NCBI GenBank assembly: GCA_021163265.1
Contig: JAGGXC010000023.1
Coordinates: 6,378-70,377 of the forward strand
Direction of reading: 5' to 3'
From: a bacterium
GTDB lineage: Bacteria > Patescibacteriota > Minisyncoccia > Minisyncoccales > JAGGXC01
DNA: 64,000 nt
Within the stretch, counting starts at the first letter, position 1; every line of letters begins with the position of its first letter. Below, in pieces: positions 47,280 to 56,214 of this stretch. The notes beneath the pieces were generated by a model, which ran no database searches, was not told the origin of the DNA, and saw only the letters and a list, made by a program, of their open reading frames with translations. Both the position numbers and the translations under genes were made by a program.

Positions 47280-47481
47280 AATTGTTTAATCTTTTTTTTT
47301 ATGACCTTTTATTTTAAACCGTGTCGACCTTTTTAGTTTATAAGTCTTCATGGCTAAAGCTTTAAAGCCACGAAGATCACGGTTTTTTTAATTTATTTCT
47401 TCTGCCGCGGCCGACCTTATTATTTAAACCGCGACTTTTTTTCAATAAAATAAATATACTAAAACTTCTCTTTAGTTTCAA
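47280..47481 (-). promoter_or_regulatory. Promoter and ~165-nt structured 5' UTR of the S-layer-like gene
   Basis: TTGAAA(47476-47481)-17-TATATT(47453-47458); helices 47316-47323/47378-47385, 47345-47355/47366-47376 and 47406-47412/47427-47433, with G-U pairs that favour the minus strand. Confidence 0.6.
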
Positions 47482-47493
47482 TATTTCTTCTTT

Positions 47494-48225
47494 TTATTTT
47501 TCCTGTGGATAACTCAAGATAAGAATTTTTTCCAGTGCTTTTGAATATTCCTCTTTATTGTAATCGTCTTTTATTTCTTTCAGTATCTTCTCTTGATCAA
47601 AAGAAAGAGATTGATTCTCTAAATCTTTAATTTCATTCTTCACTACTTCAGCTAAAGCGTTTTTCAATTCTTTAGGTTCCTCTACCACTATCCCCAAAGA
47701 TTCAGCTTTTTCTTTATTTTCTTCCAATTCTTTTGTTTTCTCAACTATCTTTTTTACATCTGGTTTTTCAATCTTTTTTAAGATCTTAGCAGCTTCTGAA
47801 ACATTAGCTTGATATTCTTCAATTAAAGGTGCAAGTTTTTCAATCTTTTTCTTTTCAGCTACTTCAACAAGATTTTCTAATTGCTGATTTGCATATTCCA
47901 GCTGAAGAGTAGGCTGGTCTCTTTCTGGGACAATAGCCAATCTCGCTCTTTCAGTAATCTTTTTGATAGGATAAAAAAGATCGCCTGGTAAACTTTGTTG
48001 AGCAGAAACAAATATACTTCCTAGCAAGAATACTGCTACCAAACTCACTGTTGCATATTTATATCTAAACAGTGCCTCAAAAATATCCCACTTCTTACTG
48101 CGAGAAAAATCCCTTACATTCACTTCTCGGAATATTCTTTTCTTAGTCAAAAAAACCCACTCTTCTCTGGGTTTTATATTCCTTAATTCTTTAATTTTCG
48201 CAATCAATTCTGTTTCGCCCCTCAT
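47494..48225 (-). CDS. Putative anti-sigma factor (single TM, DUF5667-like helical domain)
   Basis: Directly downstream of the ECF sigma; TM followed by AQQSLPGDLFYPIKKITE. Confidence 0.7.
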   Translation of the reverse strand: MRGETELIAKIKELRNIKPREEWVFLTKKRIFREVNVRDFSRSKKWDIFEALFRYKYATVSLVAVFLLGSIFVSAQQSLPGDLFYPIKKITERARLAIVPERDQPTLQLEYANQQLENLVEVAEKKKIEKLAPLIEEYQANVSEAAKILKKIEKPDVKKIVEKTKELEENKEKAESLGIVVEEPKELKNALAEVVKNEIKDLENQSLSFDQEKILKEIKDDYNKEEYSKALEKILILSYPQEK

Positions 48226-48232
48226 TACTATT

Positions 48233-48260
48233 ATGACGCAAAAATTATCTTTTTGTTACA
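48233..48260 (-). promoter_or_regulatory. ECF-type promoter
   Basis: TGTAAC(48255-48260)-16 nt-CGTCAT(48233-48238), 7 nt before the ATG at 48225. Confidence 0.65.
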
Positions 48261-48267
48261 CCTAAAT

Positions 48268-48777
48268 CTAAACCAAAGTAGTCTTTTGAAGCTGTTTTTT
48301 TAGAGCTTTCAAAGCGCGATGCAGCATTACCCGCGTGTTTCCTTCTGATCTCCCTATAATTTGAGCTATATCTTGAATAGGAAGATCCTCTATGTAATGA
48401 AGAATAATCATGTTCTGATAGTCTTCTTTTAACTCAGCAAGTGCTTGGCGAATCAAAAGAATATCAGAATCATTCTTAGCTTTTTCTTCAGGATCTGGAC
48501 GAGGATCTGGAAGAGGCCCAGAGTTCTCTGCAGAAACTATTTTTATTTTCTCTTTGTTTCTATAAAAATCTACTATTAAATTACGAGCAATCCGATAGAG
48601 AAATGCCTGAAAATTATCGATTTCTTTGCCATTCTCAAAATATCTCCACCCCCTAAGAAAAGTCTCTGAAGTTAAATCCTCTGCAATCTCCACAGAGTTT
48701 ACTTTAAGAAAAATAAATCTGTAAATTTTGTTTATATATTTGTCGTATATTTTACTAAATTCTGACTGCTTTCCCAT
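48268..48777 (-). CDS. ECF RNA polymerase sigma factor
   Basis: AEDLTSETF, FLYRIARNLIVDFYR, DIAQIIGRSEGNTRVMLHRA. Confidence 0.93.
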   Translation of the reverse strand: MGKQSEFSKIYDKYINKIYRFIFLKVNSVEIAEDLTSETFLRGWRYFENGKEIDNFQAFLYRIARNLIVDFYRNKEKIKIVSAENSGPLPDPRPDPEEKAKNDSDILLIRQALAELKEDYQNMIILHYIEDLPIQDIAQIIGRSEGNTRVMLHRALKALKKQLQKTTLV

Positions 48778-48787
48778 ATTCTAAAGC

Positions 48788-48861
48788 ATAGGAAATAGGA
48801 CATTATGTCCTATCATAAGCATTGTCCTATTTTACATTAATGTCCGAACTATTTGTCCTAT
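48788..48861. promoter_or_regulatory. Operator-like array of TGTCCTAT half-sites
   Basis: Palindrome ATAGGACAT-T-ATGTCCTAT (48795-48813) plus TGTCCTAT at 48823 and 48854 and variants at 48788 and 48841. Confidence 0.65.
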
Positions 48862-49669
48862 CAACTAATTGGTAAAAAGTATTATTTCTTTCTCCTATTC
48901 TCCGAACCAATCCTTTTTCCATTAAATAGCGAAAATCTCTTCTTAAGGTTCGCTTACTTACCGAAGGAAAGATTTTTTTAAAATCCTTTACTTGGGCATT
49001 ACCTTTTTCTCGTAATATCTCTAAAATCTTTTTCTGTCTTTCATGTAAATCTTCACTAAAAGATTTCGAATCATTATCTGAATCACTGGAGGCATCTTTA
49101 ATGAAATTCCTTTCTTTTTCCGAAAAACCAAATTTTTCTTCTGAATTACTTAAAGAATTTTTTGGTTCTAATTGAGAAAGCTCTATACCTTCTTCCCTAT
49201 CATCCACACCCTCATCTTCATCTAGATCTCTGTTGCTTTGCTCTTCCTGATCTCTGTTGTTATTTTTTTCTTCAAGTAATGTTTTTTGTTGAGGAAGACT
49301 TTCTTTTTTTGTATCTCTCCACTCAAATTTTTCAACTTCACTAATTTTTATCGCCTGAATTTCTGAAATCTTTTTTAACTCATTACTTATTTTACTATAT
49401 TCTTTTTCGATCTCCAAGAGGTCTTTAGAATCAATCCAGTCCAGCGTTTTCACCACCCCAAAAAAACTAAGCAAGGCTTCTATGTCTTTTCTCGTATTAT
49501 CTATTATTTCTCTTGATTGATAAAATGCCCCTTCCAAAATAAAAATCAGGTTGGCTAGAATATCAGCCCCTAATTTTCTCATTTTCAACCTCAAAGGATC
49601 ATCCTGAGGAAAGAATAAAGTCAACCGATAAAGCTTTGAGGTAAGTTTTACAAAATAATTCTTATCCAT
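48827..49669 (-). CDS. Four-helix-bundle plus acidic linker plus C-terminal DeoR-like wHTH protein
   Basis: LYRLT..FP..DPLR N-terminus; ERQKKILEIL...SKRTLRRDF..L...GLV; start set at ATG 49669 below TTGACT-17-TATACT (49681-49709). Confidence 0.75.
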   Translation of the reverse strand: MDKNYFVKLTSKLYRLTLFFPQDDPLRLKMRKLGADILANLIFILEGAFYQSREIIDNTRKDIEALLSFFGVVKTLDWIDSKDLLEIEKEYSKISNELKKISEIQAIKISEVEKFEWRDTKKESLPQQKTLLEEKNNNRDQEEQSNRDLDEDEGVDDREEGIELSQLEPKNSLSNSEEKFGFSEKERNFIKDASSDSDNDSKSFSEDLHERQKKILEILREKGNAQVKDFKKIFPSVSKRTLRRDFRYLMEKGLVRRIGERNNTFYQLVDRTNSSDINVK

Positions 49670-49737
49670 CGAATTTGTAGAGTATAGCAAAAATAAAAAA
49701 GAGAGTCAAAGTATTTATCTAAACTCTCTAACATAAA

Positions 49738-52700
49738 TCAAGGAGTGGGATAAATATCATAGGTATTATTTTCAAAACTCAGATTATCTAAGACAGGGTT
49801 TGAACTTCCCTCAAGTCGAATACCGCAGGATGTCTTATAAGGGGGACCATATCCATAATTTTGATTATGATTCCTAAAAACAGAATCTTCAATTACAGAA
49901 TCAGAATTTGTCAGCCAGACTCCTGCTACTAAATTGCTATCAAATACAGAATTTCTAATCGTGGCTGTTGCATTATCAATCCAGATTGCTCCTTTATAAA
50001 ACACAGGAGTTAAAGGAAGATAGTAATACCACCCTCCACATCTAATTTCTACATTGTCAAAAATCGAACCAGAACTTCTAAGATAGATATAACGCCAACT
50101 TCCAGCTTTGCAATCACCGGTAGGACCAAAAATAATTGGTTTTTCAGATGTTCCTAAAGCAATGAGAGTACCTTGCACTTCTATACTAGGACGACGAACC
50201 ACATCAGATACAAGCTCTATATGTACGCCCGGCTCAATTAAGAGAATAGCGTCCTGAGAAATATAGAATGTTCCCCTAAACGTATAAGGACTCCCTTCTT
50301 TGGTAAGAATAGTGTCATGAGTAAGGGGATCGTTGGTATAATGAAAGAAATCACCAGAGGAATAATTATGCCGACTATTCTCTCTTTTTGGAGTCCCTTG
50401 TATGATGTTGCCGTCAGAATCATGACCGAATATATTAAACCCATCATTCGTCATCCAATTAGAAGGATCGTCTCCTGATAATTGAGGATTTATTCTCTCC
50501 ATAGACATCCGAATCCATCTTTCCTTTATTTTTCTATTTCTTCCGCTGAACCACCCAGAAGAACAATCAACTGAATCTATTAAATTACCAAAAGAATCAC
50601 GCAACTCCAATTTCTCTCCATTGTTTGAGAAAGCCCCTGTGTATATCTGATCTGTCTCTATGTCGCTAATTGTTTGGTTATCACTCCTCTCAAGAAGAAA
50701 GTATCCATTTGCTGGAATAATTCCCGAAAGCGTGGTAGAAGGTGAACCATCTTGAGAATAAAGCTGCCAGCCATCGAGATTAACTTCCTCATCGGTATTA
50801 TTCAAAAGTTCAATCCATTCATCATTAGCATCACTTTTTGTCCCCATCCAAGCAATTTCGTTAATTACAACAGACAAAGTAGGAGCGGGTTTTGAATTAA
50901 TAGTTAGATTTATTGGAATCGAGGAAGTTACAAATCCGTCGGAGACAAAGACAGTAGCTTGATACAAGCCAGGAGAAAGCCCAGATAAATGAGGAGTAAT
51001 TTCTAATGTAGAGGAAGCAACCGCAGGTATTGTTCCGCTAGCCGAACTCAAAACAATCCAATCAGTAGAAGTGGAGCTTGTGGAATATTCAACAAAAGCT
51101 TCCCATATTGTAGAAGTAGAAGATAAGTTTCCTAAAACAAGGCTCTGTGGGAGAGGATTCTGGCCTTCCTCTATGTCGAATTCTATGATAGAAGGCGTTA
51201 TCTTCAAGAAAGAAGAGAAAATTTCTATTGTAGTAGTAGCAGGAGAGCTTGTAGAATAATTGTTGTCTATTACCTCAAGTTTTGCTGTAAAAATACCCGA
51301 AGTAGCATAAGAATAAGCAACTGTAGAAGTTTGAGTAGTGGTAGAATGTCCATCTCCGAAATCCCAGATGAAAGAAGCTATTTCGCCATCTATATCAGTA
51401 GAAGAAGCAGCATTAAAAAATATCTCCTCGCCTATCAGCGCTCTTGATAAAGAAACCTCAAATACAGCAATAGGAGGATTATTTTCAGAAAAGAGATTTT
51501 GTTTTTTAGGTGTAGATTCTTGAAGCTCAAAATCTTTACTGTTGTCATTAGTATCTTGGTATTTATCTGAGACCTCATTCCATTTTCGAGCCAAGGTTTG
51601 TCTCTGTCCTGGATTTTGCGAAAAAGGACTACCTTCTACAAAAGGATCTGTGCTGCTTCCCCATGCTACAGTATCAAGAATATTTTTGTTTCTATCAAAC
51701 AAGGCAATACTATTATTTTTTGCCAATGTTTGAGAAGAAGTTGCGTCGGCATCAATTCCACTTGAGGAAGCGTAGTCAGAATTTACCCAGAGAAAATACC
51801 CCTCAGCAGGAATAACACTTCCCTGTGGAAAAACCCTGATTGAGTATTCTTTACCTAAGGATGTCTTTTTCTTTAATTGAAAACCAGAAATATCCACAGA
51901 ACTGGTAGAAGGATTATAAAATTCCACAAAATCATCAGAAGACCTATCTCCTTCAATTTGAACCTCGGTGATAATAATTTTTGATGAACTTACTGAAATC
52001 GAAGGTTCGGCATCCTCTTGCAAAGAGCTCCCGCTGCCTTTTCCTATATAGGAAAAAGGACTGATACTGTTTTCACGCTTTGGTGTCCCAAATACCTCAT
52101 TAAAGGCAGGTCCGTAGTAAGTATGCCATCCATAACCGCTTTTATTCCTCTCCATTGAACGTTTTTCCTTTTTATTTCCCGCAGGCCAATTTGAGCGGAC
52201 CACGATTCTATCTTCTAAAGAGCAATCTTCGTCAAATAAATACAATTCTTCGTTAGTATCGTTGATTGCTCCTGTATAGATAAAATCGGCTTTGACATTA
52301 GGAACTGAATTATCGTCTGTTCTTTCCAGAAGATAAAATGATTTTGGTAACAAGACGGTACCAGAAGCAAAAACTATTTTAATTTGGTGCTCTTTATCAA
52401 AAATCTGCCATCCCGAAATATCCACAGAGAAATTAGAGATATTTTTTAATTCTATCCACTCGTCACTTGCAGAATTTGAGGTACCCATCCATGCAATTTC
52501 ATTAAATACAATCCTGTTCTGACGAGGACTGACATAGTAAGAAGGCTTTGGACATAAAAGATCTCGTCCTATCTCCTCTTGTCCTATTCCTTCTATTTTT
52601 TTCCACTCTTCTTCTGACTCTTTTTGTTTTATTTCTGGCTTTTCTACCAATTTTGTCTCTTGCTTTTCTTGATTCTCGGTCTCTTCTGAAGAAATATTTA

Positions 52701-53997
52701 ATTTTTCCTGACCCAATAGATTCGATATCTGCTGATTAATTAAATCTATTCTTTCTCCGATATCATCTAATTCTTCCTGAATCTCTTCCAGACTTTTCCC
52801 TTTCTGTATTTTTTCCTTGATGTTGGAAGGATTCACTTCTGCAATCTTTTCCTCAATAGTAGAAATTTCTTTCTCGACCTCTTCTATTGGTTGTTCTGAT
52901 TCTTCTATTGATTGTTCTGATTCTTGAGGTGGCTTCTTCTGCTTTTGAACATCTTTCTGTGGATAACTTCCTTGCGAGATAAACAATGAGGGAGTTGTTT
53001 CCACGATAGAAGCCGGTGAAAACGGGTTTATCTCTGATAAATAAGATTGAATTTTATCCAAAATATTCTCTATTGAATTTCTGATATTCTCTCCTTTCTT
53101 GCTAATCTTGTTTCTTACATTGTCTATTGCTTTTGTTATTCCAAAACGATGTACTAAAGCTTTTGTCTTTTCTATTCTGTTTTTAATACGAAAGTAATAA
53201 TCTCCCAAAAAAGGAATTTTTCTGATATCTTCTTCTTTTTCTATTTGAGAAAAATCAGGCATCTTTTCATTGAATTTCACTTCTATACTAACTGTCCTAT
53301 CCCAGTGATAATCGCCAAGTGTCCTACCTACTTTACCTTTTATACGAACAATAAATGGAGGAATTTTTTCCTTCCCTTGAGTCCGCCATGTCCCAAAATC
53401 CCAATCAAAACCCAATAAACCACCTATTGAGCCTCTCCCTGTTTCTGGTTCGATCTCGTTTGGCGAATAAAATTCTACTGCCAATTCTCCCGAATTTTCA
53501 TCAAGCGAATGGTAAGCCAGATTGTAGTAAAAAACTATCTCTTGGTAATTCCCTTTATAAGAAGTAAAAGAATCTTTTAATTTCCCACTTGCCACTTTAA
53601 TTTCGTTCTGCAAAAACCAGTCAGTTAAGTCTTTAACTGCTTTTTTAACACTTTCTTTCTCAATTTTGTCCAATATTTGACTTACATCAGGAGAAAAATA
53701 TAAAAAAGCGGCTAATTTAGCCACTCTCTCTAATACTTCCAAAGGCAAATCGCAAAAAGCATAACTAAGTTCTCTTTTCTGAATGGCATTTCTTACTAAA
53801 AACAGTGCTGCTTGCTTCTCTGGTTCAGAAAATTCTTCAGAAGCAGTAATATCGATCCATTCATTTATTATCCCTCGTTGAATTGAGATAAGTAAGTGAT
53901 GGGTATCTAATTCTGGAAGTTGAATGTCCGCTAAAATCCTGGAAGGTAAAAGTAAGAAAAATACCAAAGAAATGATAAAGAAAACCCTCTCCCTCAT
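49738..53997 (-). CDS. Large secreted protein with three lamin-tail domains, PKD, BACON-like and C-terminal beta-helix
   Basis: Three I.E...DEW/F.E..N modules; STDIDGEIASFIWDFGDG (PKD); beta-helix-like C-terminus. Confidence 0.8.
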   Translation of the reverse strand: MRERVFFIISLVFFLLLPSRILADIQLPELDTHHLLISIQRGIINEWIDITASEEFSEPEKQAALFLVRNAIQKRELSYAFCDLPLEVLERVAKLAAFLYFSPDVSQILDKIEKESVKKAVKDLTDWFLQNEIKVASGKLKDSFTSYKGNYQEIVFYYNLAYHSLDENSGELAVEFYSPNEIEPETGRGSIGGLLGFDWDFGTWRTQGKEKIPPFIVRIKGKVGRTLGDYHWDRTVSIEVKFNEKMPDFSQIEKEEDIRKIPFLGDYYFRIKNRIEKTKALVHRFGITKAIDNVRNKISKKGENIRNSIENILDKIQSYLSEINPFSPASIVETTPSLFISQGSYPQKDVQKQKKPPQESEQSIEESEQPIEEVEKEISTIEEKIAEVNPSNIKEKIQKGKSLEEIQEELDDIGERIDLINQQISNLLGQEKLNISSEETENQEKQETKLVEKPEIKQKESEEEWKKIEGIGQEEIGRDLLCPKPSYYVSPRQNRIVFNEIAWMGTSNSASDEWIELKNISNFSVDISGWQIFDKEHQIKIVFASGTVLLPKSFYLLERTDDNSVPNVKADFIYTGAINDTNEELYLFDEDCSLEDRIVVRSNWPAGNKKEKRSMERNKSGYGWHTYYGPAFNEVFGTPKRENSISPFSYIGKGSGSSLQEDAEPSISVSSSKIIITEVQIEGDRSSDDFVEFYNPSTSSVDISGFQLKKKTSLGKEYSIRVFPQGSVIPAEGYFLWVNSDYASSSGIDADATSSQTLAKNNSIALFDRNKNILDTVAWGSSTDPFVEGSPFSQNPGQRQTLARKWNEVSDKYQDTNDNSKDFELQESTPKKQNLFSENNPPIAVFEVSLSRALIGEEIFFNAASSTDIDGEIASFIWDFGDGHSTTTQTSTVAYSYATSGIFTAKLEVIDNNYSTSSPATTTIEIFSSFLKITPSIIEFDIEEGQNPLPQSLVLGNLSSTSTIWEAFVEYSTSSTSTDWIVLSSASGTIPAVASSTLEITPHLSGLSPGLYQATVFVSDGFVTSSIPINLTINSKPAPTLSVVINEIAWMGTKSDANDEWIELLNNTDEEVNLDGWQLYSQDGSPSTTLSGIIPANGYFLLERSDNQTISDIETDQIYTGAFSNNGEKLELRDSFGNLIDSVDCSSGWFSGRNRKIKERWIRMSMERINPQLSGDDPSNWMTNDGFNIFGHDSDGNIIQGTPKRENSRHNYSSGDFFHYTNDPLTHDTILTKEGSPYTFRGTFYISQDAILLIEPGVHIELVSDVVRRPSIEVQGTLIALGTSEKPIIFGPTGDCKAGSWRYIYLRSSGSIFDNVEIRCGGWYYYLPLTPVFYKGAIWIDNATATIRNSVFDSNLVAGVWLTNSDSVIEDSVFRNHNQNYGYGPPYKTSCGIRLEGSSNPVLDNLSFENNTYDIYPTP

Positions 53998-54005
53998 AAA
54001 GGAAG

Positions 54006-54599
54006 CTATTCCAAGGATAATGTATCTAAAAATTTATTAAATTCTTGGTTACAAGTTTCTATTTCTTGAGAACCACTATATATACAAATACTATACACTC
54101 TATCTTGAGAGGGAATATAGACTGCATCTCCATACCCTAGCACTTTATCCAGAAACTCATTTCTCAAAGCATTTATCTGTTTTATTTCTACTGACACAAT
54201 CCTATCAATTTCTATGGTAGGACTAGTATGCATTTCTTTAATTCTTTCTTCTATCTCATCAATACTCATACTTTTATATATAACAGCCACTTCAATCATA
54301 CATCCCTTTTTAAGAGGAGGACGCAAAGGTCCAGTAGGATATACACTCTCAGCATCAGGACTATAAAGCACTACAGATCCTTCATCTACTTCTACCTTTT
54401 TGACTTTCCATCCTTCTGGAACCTTGAATTTCAATCCTGCTTTTAAGTTTTCTACAACTTTTCCTTCGTTGCTTTCTTTAATCACATAATCATCGGGGCT
54501 TCCTTTTATTTCTCTCTTATTTGTCTTCCACCAAAAAACTCCTCCAGCAATAATAAGGAGGACAATTAACAAAAACAGAAAAATTGAGTTTTTTTTCAT
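54006..54599 (-). CDS. Membrane-anchored hypothetical protein (PsbP-like fold candidate)
   Basis: N-terminal TM; GLKFKVPEGW; ends FNKFLDTLSLE. Confidence 0.55.
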   Translation of the reverse strand: MKKNSIFLFLLIVLLIIAGGVFWWKTNKREIKGSPDDYVIKESNEGKVVENLKAGLKFKVPEGWKVKKVEVDEGSVVLYSPDAESVYPTGPLRPPLKKGCMIEVAVIYKSMSIDEIEERIKEMHTSPTIEIDRIVSVEIKQINALRNEFLDKVLGYGDAVYIPSQDRVYSICIYSGSQEIETCNQEFNKFLDTLSLE

Positions 54600-54711
54600 A
54601 AATCAAAAAAACGAGCTTTAAAAATAAAAAAACCTATTTTAATATAATAGTCCTTTATCTTGATCTTAACAACTGTGGAAAACTATCAATTTTATATAAA
54701 TTCAAAAAGAG

Positions 54712-54840
54712 AAAAACCCTCCAAGCAGAGGGTTAGCAATATCATAAAGAACAAAAAGGGGAAGGAGGGGATGGAAGGTCGGGAAATATAAAATATAAAA
54801 AAGAAAAATAAAACCTGGAGTATCCTTTTTTCCCGACCTA
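54712..54840 (-). ncRNA. Candidate small RNA 3 (~130 nt, C/U-rich)
   Basis: TTGACA(54870-54875)-18-TATACT(54846-54851); 11-bp stem AGGUCGGGAAA/UUUCCCGACCU; terminator AACCCUC-N6-GAGGGUU plus U tract; no minus-strand ORF. Confidence 0.55.
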
Positions 54841-54878
54841 TTTCTAGTATAAATGCTTTCTAATAAATCTGTCAATAC

Positions 54879-55028
54879 CTATCTTCCAAAAAATACATTA
54901 AAGGAATTCTGAAGATCAGCAAACACAGAAGCAGACTCATTACGCAATAGAGTCATTAATAAAACAATCCCTATAATACAAACAATAATTCCAATTAAGG
55001 TATCTAAAATGAGTGCGTTTTTATCCAT
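54879..55028 (-). CDS. 49-aa single-TM small protein, below the ORF-track cutoff
   Basis: MDKNALILDTLIGIIVCIIGIVLLMTLLRNESASVFADLQNSFNVFFGR*, starting 4 nt after the upstream stop. Confidence 0.6.
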   Translation of the reverse strand: MDKNALILDTLIGIIVCIIGIVLLMTLLRNESASVFADLQNSFNVFFGR

Positions 55029-55032
55029 ATTC

Positions 55033-56211
55033 TTATAACTTATTTAAGAGATAATCGCGTTTCTCAAAGAAATAATTTGCTTGCTCTAATACTTTTTTTT
55101 CTGACTCTTCAGGCGAAAGCATAGCAATCTCTTCAAAAAAATGAGCTACTCGCCCAAAATAAAGAGACCGCAACGCCTTTATTATCTCGGAGTCCTTTTC
55201 TTTATTAAAGCAGTAAATACTATCATAAATTATTTTTATCCATACGTCAACCCCGATCTGAGGAGTTTTGCCATTTTCTTGCTGGATTTGCTCAATAATT
55301 TCTTTAGAAATACAGTCTCCAAGAATATCTCTGTAAACACCAAATTCTGCCTGAAATAACTTCTTGAAGTGGCTGCTATCAGGGATAGTATTTTCTATCT
55401 TGGGAATATCTTTTTCTCCCAGCATTGACACTTCTTTTACTTTTTCCACAAGCTTAATTTTTTCTATATTATCGTTAATAATCCCAAATAATGTAGAGGC
55501 TACTTGTATAAACATCGGACCAAGATTTGGAGCACTAGGCTTATGAATCTTATTAATTAGATTCACTTGACAAAGAGGAAACTCCGATAGAATTGCATAA
55601 GTACTCATAAAAACATCTATACCATATTGATTCACTTGTTCTGACCATTTCTGATTTAACCAAAAATCGACCAACTCATTCGAAAACGAAAATTCTCCCC
55701 CAATAGGCTGACGGATATTTACTCCGAACAATCCATAAACAAGAGGAAATACAATTTGGTTAGTAATAGTAGCATCGTCTTTCTTTCTTGCATAAAAAGG
55801 AGCAGCATATTTATATTTCCCTGAAAAAATAGGCTCGGCTAAATGTTTTACCCAGATCGGTTTTATGCTTTTTAAATCCGCATCTACCACTATTCCAACT
55901 TTTGCTTTTAACTCTCTAAACAAAGAAAAAAGATTATAGAAATTATAACCTTTTCCTTTTACTCCTTGAGGAGTACTAATATAAATCAAGGGTATCTCTG
56001 ACTTGGAAGATAAAAAAGCTCCTTTAGTATTATCCGGAGAATTATTATCTACATTTATAATCACACTTTTCAGTCGAGGATAATATTCCTTCAGACCACG
56101 TGAGACCTGCTCTGTTACGAAACTAATAGTAGATGCTTCGCTGTAAGAAGGAATGCCTACCACCAAATCCGCTTGTTTTACATTTGATGGATTATAGATC
56201 TCATCTATCAT
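55033..56211 (-). CDS. Glucosylglycerate/mannosylglycerate synthase-like glycosyltransferase
   Basis: VVGIPSY, DNNSPDNT, GKG, VDADLKSI, DATITN...PL, IRQPIGGEF, YGIDVFM, KIH. Confidence 0.75.
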   Translation of the reverse strand: MIDEIYNPSNVKQADLVVGIPSYSEASTISFVTEQVSRGLKEYYPRLKSVIINVDNNSPDNTKGAFLSSKSEIPLIYISTPQGVKGKGYNFYNLFSLFRELKAKVGIVVDADLKSIKPIWVKHLAEPIFSGKYKYAAPFYARKKDDATITNQIVFPLVYGLFGVNIRQPIGGEFSFSNELVDFWLNQKWSEQVNQYGIDVFMSTYAILSEFPLCQVNLINKIHKPSAPNLGPMFIQVASTLFGIINDNIEKIKLVEKVKEVSMLGEKDIPKIENTIPDSSHFKKLFQAEFGVYRDILGDCISKEIIEQIQQENGKTPQIGVDVWIKIIYDSIYCFNKEKDSEIIKALRSLYFGRVAHFFEEIAMLSPEESEKKVLEQANYFFEKRDYLLNKL

Positions 56212-56214
56212 ACT

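Noticed and set aside
48827-49669. Avd-like four-helix bundle suggesting a diversity-generating retroelement
   Set aside because: No reverse transcriptase and no TR/VR pair with adenine-specific mismatches seen in the window
52870-52925. Short repeat encoding ESEQSIEESEQPIEE
   Set aside because: Two-copy low-complexity linker duplication with no further significance evident
54762-54791. Plus-strand AAGGAGG followed by ATG (MEGREI*)
   Set aside because: SD-ATG spacing is only 2 nt and the peptide is 6 aa; promoter and terminator polarity favour a minus-strand RNA
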